From assembly GCA_903921205.1 (NCBI GenBank), contig CAIXPF010000139.1, positions 7,733 through 71,732 on the forward strand: a stretch of 64,000 bases of DNA, given 5' to 3'. The notes beneath the pieces were generated by a model. That model did no database searches and was not told where the DNA came from. It was given only the letters and a program-made list of their open reading frames with translations. The position numbers and the translations under genes were made by a program. Source of the stretch: an uncultured Acidimicrobiia bacterium (GTDB lineage: Bacteria > Actinomycetota > Acidimicrobiia > Acidimicrobiales > CAIXPF01). Shown here piece after piece: positions 38,150-46,414 of the stretch. Numbering within the stretch: the stretch's first letter is position 1; every line of letters begins with the position of its first letter.

Positions 38150-38164
38150 TCACCCCCGAGCTTC

Positions 38165-38668
38165 TTGGCTCGATCGTGCCCGTCGTGCGGTCAGCGAGCC
38201 GACTTCCCCATTGAGACCCGTTCGAGCAATGGCGGTGGGATCGTGGGGCAGGGAGTGGTCCGTCTGCGGGGCCGGGGTCGTGACGCCGGGCGACGAGATG
38301 ACCGTGGCCAGGTCTCGTTGCTCGCGCTGAGCGCGATGGCTGTGGCCGTCGCGGTGGTACTGGGTCTGGCTCGGCTGGCGGTGGAGGTGGTGGCCCGGGC
38401 CGAGGTCGATGCGGCCGCGGATGCCGCAGCACTGGCGGCGCTCGTGGCCGGTGCATCGGCCGCGGACTCGGTGGCGGCGGCCAACGAAGCCGTCGTGCAG
38501 GCCGTGCAGGTGCAGCCGGGGTGGGCCCGGGTGACGGTACTGCGGGCCGGGCAGCGGGCGACCAGCACCGCCGCTCTCGTCGTAGAAGGCTCGGGATCGG
38601 AACGTTCGCAGTGGGGTGCGCGGTCGGTGCGCGCCTCGGATCCGGACCCGGGCGGTTCGGTCCCGTAA
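38165..38668 (+). CDS. TadE/Rv3654c-like pseudopilin-type protein (orphan)
   Basis: High GC3. RGQVSLLALSAMAVAVAVVLGLARLAVEVVARAEVDAAADAAALAA resembles the N-terminal TM plus AAD-AALA pattern of actinobacterial TadE-like proteins. The true start may be an internal GTG (38243 or 38255). Confidence 0.5.
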   Translation: MARSCPSCGQRADFPIETRSSNGGGIVGQGVVRLRGRGRDAGRRDDRGQVSLLALSAMAVAVAVVLGLARLAVEVVARAEVDAAADAAALAALVAGASAADSVAAANEAVVQAVQVQPGWARVTVLRAGQRATSTAALVVEGSGSERSQWGARSVRASDPDPGGSVP

Positions 38669-38677
38669 AGTAACAGC

Positions 38678-39679
38678 GTGACCGAATCGACCGGCGCAGC
38701 AGCCGATGCCGTGTCGGAGGGGTCTGGGCCTTCCCGCTCGGACGGCTCATCCTCCGTGGGCTATCCGGATGCGGACGCGTCGGGGGTCGGGATGACCACC
38801 TTGGCGGCCGAGCGCACTGAGGTGCACATCGACATGACCACACAGAACGATTCGGGCGATCGGGTGCATGGTGAGGGTGCATCGGGTGACGCCGACGTCG
38901 TCGTGCTCGATCATGCGGCGGCTACCCGTGATCGGGATGACGAAGACGGCATCGGCGCCGAGGTCCCCCGCAGCTCCGGTGACGACGGTGGTGCTGTGGC
39001 GGTCGAGGTCGCGGAGGAGACTCTTGCCGATCCTGCCGTCGAGGACGGCTACGGCCTGCGCAACGGGGTGCACGACGAGGCCGATCCGGCAACGGCCGTC
39101 GATCCGGTGACGCGCGAGCTGGTCATCGACGACCTGCTCGACGATGCCGATCCGGTTCCGTTCGCTGCGGCCACGATCGTGGCTGCAGCACCCGCCGCCG
39201 CGGTCGCCGCTTCAGCGCAGTCGACCGCCGCCGTGGCGCCGGGTTTCGTGGACGCCCCGCTGCGCAGCCAGGTCCGGGCGGCACGCCGACTCCAGGCACG
39301 CAAGGTCGCGCGATTGGTTCGCCATATCGAGCTGTATTCGCTGCTCAAGGTTTCGCTGCTCTTCTACACCTGCATGCTCGTCGTCGGCGTCGTCGCCGGT
39401 GTGCTGCTGTGGTCACTGCTACAGAAGAGCGGCGCCGTCAGCAGCGTCGAAGGCTTCGTCGGGGAGATCTTCCTCCTCGAGAACTTCCATCTCGAGGGAC
39501 GCCAGATCTTCCGGATCGGTGTCCTCGGCGGAATGGTCGGGGTGTTGGTGCTCACGCTGGTCACCCTGATCGGCGGGCTGCTGTTCAACCTGATCAGCGA
39601 CCTCACGGGGGGCATCCGGGTGTCCGTCGTCGAGTTGGAGAGTGCCCGCCCGGTGCCCTCCCGGCAGCGCCGCCGCTGA
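38678..39679 (+). CDS. DUF3566-type membrane protein (Rv0007 position)
   Basis: Acidic, disordered N-terminal half. C-terminal block VRHIELYSLLKVSLLFYTCMLVVGVVAGVLLW...LLFNLISDLTGGIRVSVVE. Sits between gyrA and tRNA-Ile, as in mycobacteria. Confidence 0.72.
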   Translation: MTESTGAAADAVSEGSGPSRSDGSSSVGYPDADASGVGMTTLAAERTEVHIDMTTQNDSGDRVHGEGASGDADVVVLDHAAATRDRDDEDGIGAEVPRSSGDDGGAVAVEVAEETLADPAVEDGYGLRNGVHDEADPATAVDPVTRELVIDDLLDDADPVPFAAATIVAAAPAAAVAASAQSTAAVAPGFVDAPLRSQVRAARRLQARKVARLVRHIELYSLLKVSLLFYTCMLVVGVVAGVLLWSLLQKSGAVSSVEGFVGEIFLLENFHLEGRQIFRIGVLGGMVGVLVLTLVTLIGGLLFNLISDLTGGIRVSVVELESARPVPSRQRRR

Positions 39680-39767
39680 GCGACTCGCCCATCCGGCTGG
39701 ATTGCACCCGGTTGGCTGTGCCTACAATCGCCTGCCCGCACACCGTCGTTCTCGGGGGTGTGAGCAC

Positions 39768-39841
<74 letters not shown>

Positions 39842-39845
39842 CACG

Positions 39846-39986
39846 ATGATCGGCCTGTTTCGGCGAATCGGGTTCGCCTTGGTGATCGCCGCTGGTACGG
39901 CAGGAGCGATCCGCTTCACCAAGCCCCCGGCGGTACCCCTTCGCCACGGGGGATGGCGCCGGTTGTCGGGTCCGTCCCTGCGGTAG
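39846..39986 (+). CDS. candidate 46-aa small membrane protein
   Basis: ATG 39846 to TAG 39984-39986 encodes MIGLFRRIGFALVIAAGTAGAIRFTKPPAVPLRHGGWRRLSGPSLR. GC-rich third positions and one TM-like stretch. Below the ORF-track length cutoff. No homology evidence. Confidence 0.3.
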   Translation: MIGLFRRIGFALVIAAGTAGAIRFTKPPAVPLRHGGWRRLSGPSLR

Positions 39987-40058
39987 GCGATGTCGGCGTG
40001 CCGATCCGCTGCTGTCGGAGGCCGGCGGGCCCGGTGGTATCCGAAGGAGCTGCGTCTC

Positions 40059-41045
40059 GTGGTTGTCGCCGTAGTCGGGGTGGGCAACTCCGGTGCCCAC
40101 GCAGCTCACGCCCTGCGCCGGCTCCGGTCGGGCGTTTCCCTGGCGCTGATCGACCGTGACCGGGACAAGGCCCAGGCCATGGCTGCCATCCTGGGCGAGG
40201 ACGCCATGGTGGCCGACTCGCTGACCACCCTTGGCGAAGAACCGGAGATCGTGCTGTTGTGCGTGCCCGCCGGTCTGCACCGCACGCTGGCGGAAGTCGC
40301 CCTGGGGCGAGGCGCCCACGTGGTGTCCATCGGCGACTCGATCGCCGATGTCCGGACGCTGTTGGCGCTCGACGGCCGGGCGCGTGCTGCCGGTCGGGCG
40401 GTCGTGGCGGGCGCAGGATTCTCACCCGGCATGAGCTGCGTGCTGGCCCGGCATGCCTCGACGTTGTTCGACGAGGTGCACGAGATCACCGTGGCCAAGT
40501 CCGGCACCGGTGGGCCCGATTGCGCCCGCCATCACCACCGGAGCTTGTCGGCCGCGAGTTGGGAATGGCGCGAGCGCCGGTGGTTACGGCTGCCGGGCAG
40601 TTCCGGTCGCCGGCTGGCGTGGTTCCCTGAACCGATCGGCGCACTGGACTGCTACCGGGCTGCGTTGGCCGAGCCGTTCCTGCTGCAGCGGGCCTTCGCG
40701 GACAGCCGCCGGGTGTCGGCGCGCGTGGCTGCGACCCGCCGTGACCGGCTGACCGGATGGCTCCCGATGCTGCGGCCACCGCATGCCGATGGCGGACCGG
40801 GTGGGCTTCGCGTCGAGATGTGGGGCGAACGCGACGGGGTGGTCGAGGTTGTGGTGTACGGCGCGGCCGATCATCCCGCCCGGGTGGCGGGCAGCATGGC
40901 TGCGGTCGTCGCGGCCGGGTTGCTCGACGGCTCGTTGCCTTCAGGCCGCGCCTACGGCCTCGCCGAGGTGGTCGACCCGGTGCCGACCTTGACCGCGTTG
41001 GCGACGCTGGGCGTGGTGGCCTCGGCCTTCGAAGGCGCGACCTGA
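40059..41045 (+). CDS. NAD(P)-binding Rossmann protein, saccharopine dehydrogenase-like
   Basis: N-terminal VVAVVGVGNSGAHAA dinucleotide-binding loop. GTG 40059 preceded by GAAGGAG at 9 nt. The family call is from general pattern only. Confidence 0.55.
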   Translation: MVVAVVGVGNSGAHAAHALRRLRSGVSLALIDRDRDKAQAMAAILGEDAMVADSLTTLGEEPEIVLLCVPAGLHRTLAEVALGRGAHVVSIGDSIADVRTLLALDGRARAAGRAVVAGAGFSPGMSCVLARHASTLFDEVHEITVAKSGTGGPDCARHHHRSLSAASWEWRERRWLRLPGSSGRRLAWFPEPIGALDCYRAALAEPFLLQRAFADSRRVSARVAATRRDRLTGWLPMLRPPHADGGPGGLRVEMWGERDGVVEVVVYGAADHPARVAGSMAAVVAAGLLDGSLPSGRAYGLAEVVDPVPTLTALATLGVVASAFEGAT

Positions 41046-41059
41046 TCGGTCCTCGGGCG

Positions 41060-41863
41060 TCAGAAGTTCGCTGCTGCCTGCCACCGTGCGGGCAGTTCGG
41101 TGTCGCCGAAGACCTCGAGGTCGGTCGCGGCACGACGGCCCATCACGAACAGCAACAGGTCCTCGGCCCGGCCGCGGACCGCAGCGTCACCCTTGCCGTG
41201 GCCGTGGGTCGCCTCGACCCCGCCGGGCTGCATGGTCAGCATCCATTCGCCTTCGGCATCGGTGGCGTGCAGGTGCAACGTCTGGCCGGCCGAACCGAAC
41301 CGCTCGGCGTCGAAGCGATGGGTGACGTAGGTGTCGAGTGCTTCGTCGACGCCGTCGACGGCGAGGGCGGCGTCGATCGGTGTGGTCGCGCCGACGGCGT
41401 TCTGTGCGTCCCAGCGATGGACGGAGGTCTCATGGGCCATCCGCCGGACCCACCACTGGCCGGGACGAGGGCCGATGAAGGTCTTGAAGACCTGGTCGAG
41501 GTCGGTGCGGCCAAAGGCATCGAGCAGTCCGCCGAGCGACTCGACGTACCAGGCCAGGACCGATTCGTCGGTCGGGGCCTTGTCGATCGACTTCGGGCTC
41601 GGAGGGTTGTCGGGCCCGGCCAGCAAGGTGGCGGTCACCCAGCGATGGACCCATCCGGTGTGACCGACCAGTTCGGCGACGGTCCATGCCGGGCAGGTGG
41701 GCACGACCAGCCCCAGCGCGTCGGGTGAGGTGGCCCCCAGAAGCGCGCCGTCGACGCCGACCCAGGTCAACAAGGTGTGCGAATCCATGGCTGTCGTCAG
41801 TTCCTGTCTCGTCGTCGCGCCCGGCACCGTTGGTTCGGTGCCGATCGTCGGATCGGTGGTCAC
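41060..41863 (-). CDS. maleylpyruvate isomerase-family / DinB-like mycothiol-dependent enzyme
   Basis: VPTCPAWTVAELVGHTGWVHRW N-terminal DinB/MDMPI motif. Start ambiguous: GTG 41863 or ATG 41788 (MDSHTLL). Confidence 0.68.
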   Translation of the reverse strand: MTTDPTIGTEPTVPGATTRQELTTAMDSHTLLTWVGVDGALLGATSPDALGLVVPTCPAWTVAELVGHTGWVHRWVTATLLAGPDNPPSPKSIDKAPTDESVLAWYVESLGGLLDAFGRTDLDQVFKTFIGPRPGQWWVRRMAHETSVHRWDAQNAVGATTPIDAALAVDGVDEALDTYVTHRFDAERFGSAGQTLHLHATDAEGEWMLTMQPGGVEATHGHGKGDAAVRGRAEDLLLFVMGRRAATDLEVFGDTELPARWQAAANF

Positions 41864-41907
41864 GGTAGTTGCCGGTGCGGCGATGGGCCGGGGCTCGGCC
41901 CGTTCGC

Positions 41908-42696
41908 TCAGGCCAGTGCGGCGAGCAGGGCGTCGTGGACATGGCCGTTGCTGGCCACCCCGCTACCGCCCCAGAGGTCGTCCCGACCGTCCACGGTGCT
42001 GAAACGCCCGCCGGCCTCGGCAAGGATCACCGGCAGCGGCGCCAGGTCCCACACCGACACCTCGGGATCGACCATCGCCTCGACCCGGCCGGTTGCCACC
42101 AGGGCATAGCCGTACCCGTCGCCCCAGGTACGGACCTTGGCCCCGGCCTCGTGGACGCGGTCGAGTCGGCCCGGTAGCCAGTGCCCCACGCCGCTGGTCA
42201 TGACGGCCGAACCGGTGAGCGTCGGGTGGGCGTTCACCCGTGCGGGACGCGGTGGTCGGCCCCCGCGACGCCAGAAGCAGCCCAGGCCTCGGGCGGCATA
42301 GACGGTCTCACCGAGCGCAGGGAGGTGGATGACCCCGACGAGCGGGCCGTGATCGTCCAGCACGGCGAGCAGGGTCGAGTAGAGGGGAACCCCGTGGACG
42401 AACCCGTAGGTCCCGTCGATGGGGTCGACCACCCAGCGCCGACCGCTGGTGCCCTCCCGGACCCCCTCCTCCTCGCCGATGATGCCGTCGTCGGGATAGC
42501 GATGGGCCAGCTCGGTGCGGACCAGCCGTTCGGCTTCGCGATCGGCGATGGTGACCGGCGTGTCGTCGGACTTGGTCTGTATCTGGAGATCCTCACCGCC
42601 GAACCAGCGAAGGGTGAGGTCGCCGGCGCTGCAGGCGAGTTCGACGGCCTCGGCGAGCAGGTCCGGATGAGCGTTGGGGGCGACCATGGCCTCCAC
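41908..42696 (-). CDS. inositol monophosphatase family protein (HisN/ImpA-like)
   Basis: Motifs EEEG, WVVDPIDGTYGFVHG and WDLAPLPVILAEAGG. Confidence 0.85.
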   Translation of the reverse strand: MEAMVAPNAHPDLLAEAVELACSAGDLTLRWFGGEDLQIQTKSDDTPVTIADREAERLVRTELAHRYPDDGIIGEEEGVREGTSGRRWVVDPIDGTYGFVHGVPLYSTLLAVLDDHGPLVGVIHLPALGETVYAARGLGCFWRRGGRPPRPARVNAHPTLTGSAVMTSGVGHWLPGRLDRVHEAGAKVRTWGDGYGYALVATGRVEAMVDPEVSVWDLAPLPVILAEAGGRFSTVDGRDDLWGGSGVASNGHVHDALLAALA

Positions 42697-42727
42697 TCTC
42701 CCAGCCGACGACGCCTGTCGTCACGTT

Positions 42728-42755
42728 CCTGCCGCCTGCCGCCTGCCGCCTGCCG
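42728..42755. repeat. heptanucleotide tandem repeat (cctgccg)x4 in a divergent promoter region
   Basis: Read directly. Followed by cccg cccg. Lies between the divergent starts at 42696 (-) and 42891 (+). Confidence 0.9.
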
Positions 42756-42890
42756 CCCGCCCGCCGGGCCCCGCGCATCGTCGGTGCTGCTCGGCGTATC
42801 GCCGCGCCCCACCAGCCGCTCGATGGTCTCTTCGGGACCAGGACCATCGTCACGAATACGAAGCGCGGTCGTTCTGCTACTCATAGGGGC

Positions 42891-44615
42891 GTGATCCGTC
42901 CCCTGCGACCAAAGCCGCCCCTGGCGGATGCCGTGACGCGGGATGGGACGGACCCTTCGGCGGTCCAACCGCCCGCGACCGTTCTGCCGTCCGTCGCCGT
43001 TCCCAGGGCGAGCCGTGTCGGGCGATCGCGATCCTCACGGAAGAACGCCGGCCCGACACCGGACGGCGCGCCGCCGCCACTGCTGCTGCCGCCGCCGGAA
43101 CCGGGCGCCTTCAGCCGGCTCCCGCCGCCCCCGGCCGTGCTCGCCACATCTCCGCAGCCGCCGCAACCACACCGTGGTCGGCTGCTGTTCTTCGTGGCGG
43201 TGGCGACCGCGATGTTCGGGCTGGTCTGGATGGGTGCATCGCAGGTTCTGCAGCGGCAGAAGGCCGCGTGGCCGGACCACCCGTCGGAGTGGGACCCCAG
43301 GCTCTCCGAACTGGCCTACTTCGTCGAAGCCGATCGGGGGCAGGATTTCCGTTTCCCGGTCTACCTCGACGTGCTGACCCCGGAGCAGATGAGCCGCACG
43401 GTGCGCTCGGGCCCGACCGGTTCCGATGCCGAGGCCCGACAGATCGCGGCGACGAGGGCATCGGAGTTGCGGGCCCTGGGGCTGTTCAGCGGCGACGCCG
43501 CCTCGTCACTCGACGCCGCCTCGTCACTCGAGGCGGCCGGGTCGCGTGGCGAGGACGAATTGCCGCAGTCGTATTACGACGCCGCCGCGAAGCGCATCGT
43601 CGTGCTGGCCCCACCGGAGCAGGGTGATCCCGGCCTGGAGTGGAACGCCTCGGTGGTGCGGGCGCTGACCTATGCCCTGCGTGATCAGTACACCGGGCTG
43701 GCGGCCGGCGCTGCCGAAGCCCCGGCGCCCTCGGTGTTCCACGCCCTGGCAGAGGGGGAGGCTCGTCGTACCGAGCGCCGCTTCCGTATGGAGCAATCCG
43801 GTGGGGACGCGCCGTCGTCGCTCACGCGCATTGCCTCGGAGGACGAACTGCGGGCCTCGATGTCGATCGTGGGGCTGACCGCCGACCTGCTCGCCGAGCC
43901 GATGGTGGAGACCATCATCGACCTCGACGGCCCCAAGGCGGTCGACCGGGCCTTCAGCTACCCACCGCTGTCGGAGGAGGCCCTGTTCGATCCCAGCCAC
44001 TACCGCGGCAGCGGCGCGGTCCTCCCGGTCGCGATCCCGGATCCGGAACCGGGGTCCGTCGTCCTACGGGAGGGCACGCTCGGCCCGGTCACCTGGTACG
44101 TGATGTTGGCCCAGGTCACTGATGCCGGCACCGCATTGCGTGCCGCCTACGGGTGGGGTGGTGATCAGGTCGTGGTCACCCGGACCGGGGAGGCGACCTG
44201 TGTCCGGTTGGCGTTCCGGGGCGATCGTGCCGCCGATCTGACCGAGATGCGTACGGCACTCGAGGCATGGGTGGCCGCGGTGGCGGGAGCCCGTCGAGAG
44301 GTGACCCTGGTCGGCGACCAACTGGTCGTGATCGGCTGCGATCCCGGCGTAGCCGCGCCGTCACCGCTGCACCCCGCGGCACGGGGCACGGTGCTGGGCC
44401 CGCGACTGGCGATGGAGACGGTACGTGTCCTGCATCGCGATCACGGCCTGACCTACCAGCGAGCCCGCTGCGCCGCGTTGGACTTCGTCGGCCAGCACAG
44501 CCGCGAGGAGCTCGAAGCGCTGGCCGAGGCCACCGCAACCCAGGGCGCTGCGGCGTTGGGCACCACATCGTTGCAGGATCAACGCCTGAGCCTGGCCGTC
44601 AGCCGCTGCCCCTGA
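42891..44615 (+). CDS. membrane-anchored protein with a Pro-rich cytoplasmic N-terminus, function unknown
   Basis: 574-aa ORF with coding-like GC3. Pro-rich first 90 aa, one TM (LLFFVAVATAMFGLVWMGASQVL), and a large extracytoplasmic domain. No motif I recognise. Confidence 0.6.
   Translation: MIRPLRPKPPLADAVTRDGTDPSAVQPPATVLPSVAVPRASRVGRSRSSRKNAGPTPDGAPPPLLLPPPEPGAFSRLPPPPAVLATSPQPPQPHRGRLLFFVAVATAMFGLVWMGASQVLQRQKAAWPDHPSEWDPRLSELAYFVEADRGQDFRFPVYLDVLTPEQMSRTVRSGPTGSDAEARQIAATRASELRALGLFSGDAASSLDAASSLEAAGSRGEDELPQSYYDAAAKRIVVLAPPEQGDPGLEWNASVVRALTYALRDQYTGLAAGAAEAPAPSVFHALAEGEARRTERRFRMEQSGGDAPSSLTRIASEDELRASMSIVGLTADLLAEPMVETIIDLDGPKAVDRAFSYPPLSEEALFDPSHYRGSGAVLPVAIPDPEPGSVVLREGTLGPVTWYVMLAQVTDAGTALRAAYGWGGDQVVVTRTGEATCVRLAFRGDRAADLTEMRTALEAWVAAVAGARREVTLVGDQLVVIGCDPGVAAPSPLHPAARGTVLGPRLAMETVRVLHRDHGLTYQRARCAALDFVGQHSREELEALAEATATQGAAALGTTSLQDQRLSLAVSRCP
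43494..43529 (+). repeat. perfect 18-bp tandem duplication inside the CDS (DAASSL x2)
   Basis: gacgccgcctcgtcactc is repeated twice back to back. Confidence 0.9.
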
Positions 44616-44658
44616 TCGGGGGACCGTTCGTGCAGCCCGGGACCGCTAGGGTCACGTC

Positions 44659-46296
44659 ATGCATGGGGGACAACTGGTTGCAAAGGCACTGAAGGCAGCG
44701 GGCGTCGAGTGCGTGTTCACGCTCTCGGGCGGTCACGTGATGGCGATCTACGACGGCTGCCTCGACGAGGGCATCCAGGTCATCGACGTCCGGCACGAGC
44801 AGGCGGCGGTCCACGCCGCCGATGCCTGGGCCCGCCTGCACCCGGGCAAGGTCGGCGTGGCCATCATCACCGCCGGTCCGGGTGTGACCGACGGGGTGAC
44901 CGGCGTGGCCAACGCCTGGCGGGCCAACAGCCCGATCGTGGTGTTCGGTGGCCAGGCCCCGTTCAACAACCTGCGCCGCGGCGGGCTGCAGGAGATGGAC
45001 CACGTGGCCCTCATGAAGCCGATCACCAAGTACAGCGATTCCTGCTACGAGACCCATCGGGTGGCGGAGTACGTCGAGCTCGCCGTGCGCCATGCGCTGT
45101 CGGGGATCCCCGGGCCGTCGTTCCTCGAGATCCCGATGGACGTGCTGGCCGGTCAGGTCGACGAGAAGCGTGCGGTCATGCCCCGCTTCCGTGATTATCG
45201 GGTCGCCCACAGTGCTCCTCGTGCCGCCGCCGAGGAGGCGATCGATCTGCTGGCCGGCGCGCAGCGCCCCCTGGTGATGGCTGGTACGTCGTTGAAGTGG
45301 TCCCAGGGCGGCCCGCAGCTCGTGGAGTTCGTCGAGGCCACCGGCATCCCCTGCTACACCAACGGCATGGCCCGGGGACTCATCCCGATGGACCATCCGC
45401 TGTTCTTCAACCGCACCCGGGCCGCCGCCCTGCGCGACGCTGACGTCGTCGTACTGGCCGGTACGGTGCTCGACTTCCGTATGAAGTTCGGCCGGGCCAT
45501 CCCCGACGGGACCAAGATCATCCAGCTCGACCTCGACGAGACGCTCATCGGTCAGAACCGTCCGGCCGATGTCGGCCTGGTGGGCAACCTCGGCGCGAAC
45601 CTGGCCCAGTTGCTCGACGTGTTGGCCGCTCGTGGGGTCACCCTCGACCACGCTGCCTATACCGGCGCGCTGCGCGTTGCCGAGGATGCCGCCGAGGCCA
45701 AGCTGGCCACCGAGCTGCTCTCCGACGAGGTCCCCATCGACCCGTTGCGGCTGTGCAAGGAGATCGCCGACTTCGTCGATGACGAGATGATCGTCATCGG
45801 TGACGGTGGCGACATCGTGGCCCAGGCGTCCAAGGTGCTGCGGGTGCCGAAGAACGGCGGCTGGATGGACCCGGGCCCGCTCGGCACCCTCGGGGTGGGC
45901 ATGCCCTTCGGTCTGGCCGCGCAGTTGGCCCATCCCGATCGCCGGGTGCTGATCATCTACGGCGACGGCAGCTTCGGCCTCAACGGCTTCGAGTTCGACA
46001 CCGCCATCCGTTTCGGTCTGCCGATCGTGGGCATCGTCGGCAACGACGCCGCCTGGGGCCAGATGCTGCGCCCGCAGTCGACGGTCTACGGCACCGACCG
46101 CATCGTGGCCACCAAGCTGAACATGACCCGCTACGACAAGATCGTCGAGGCCATGGGTGGTCACGGGGAGTACGTGACCACGCCCGACGAGATCCGCCCG
46201 GCGCTCGAGCGGGCGTTCGCGTCGGGCAAGGCGGCCTGCATCAACGTCGAGATGCGCCAGGACATCGGGGCCATGAAGGGCTCGACCTACGCCTGA
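44659..46296 (+). CDS. thiamine-pyrophosphate enzyme (acetolactate synthase large subunit / oxalyl-CoA decarboxylase-like)
   Basis: N-terminal GVECVFTLSGGHVMAIYD...VRHEQAAVHAADAWAR. TPP motif GTLGVGMPFGLAA...YGDGSFGLNGFEFDTA...VGNDAAWG. Confidence 0.88.
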   Translation: MHGGQLVAKALKAAGVECVFTLSGGHVMAIYDGCLDEGIQVIDVRHEQAAVHAADAWARLHPGKVGVAIITAGPGVTDGVTGVANAWRANSPIVVFGGQAPFNNLRRGGLQEMDHVALMKPITKYSDSCYETHRVAEYVELAVRHALSGIPGPSFLEIPMDVLAGQVDEKRAVMPRFRDYRVAHSAPRAAAEEAIDLLAGAQRPLVMAGTSLKWSQGGPQLVEFVEATGIPCYTNGMARGLIPMDHPLFFNRTRAAALRDADVVVLAGTVLDFRMKFGRAIPDGTKIIQLDLDETLIGQNRPADVGLVGNLGANLAQLLDVLAARGVTLDHAAYTGALRVAEDAAEAKLATELLSDEVPIDPLRLCKEIADFVDDEMIVIGDGGDIVAQASKVLRVPKNGGWMDPGPLGTLGVGMPFGLAAQLAHPDRRVLIIYGDGSFGLNGFEFDTAIRFGLPIVGIVGNDAAWGQMLRPQSTVYGTDRIVATKLNMTRYDKIVEAMGGHGEYVTTPDEIRPALERAFASGKAACINVEMRQDIGAMKGSTYA

Positions 46297-46414
46297 GCGC
46301 TCCCGGTCCCACCGGACCGCGGACGATCACCGGCCCGGGGCGTCAGCGCACGACCCCGGGCCGTGTCGCGTCTCGGTCGGTCCGCGCGCCGCCGGTCGGA
46401 CGGCGGGGCGTCGG

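Noticed and set aside
39842-39990. Second tRNA (tRNA-Ala) expected after tRNA-Ile, as in mycobacteria
   Set aside because: No cloverleaf can be drawn: there is no GTTCGAATC-type T arm or matching acceptor stem. Only one tRNA is present.
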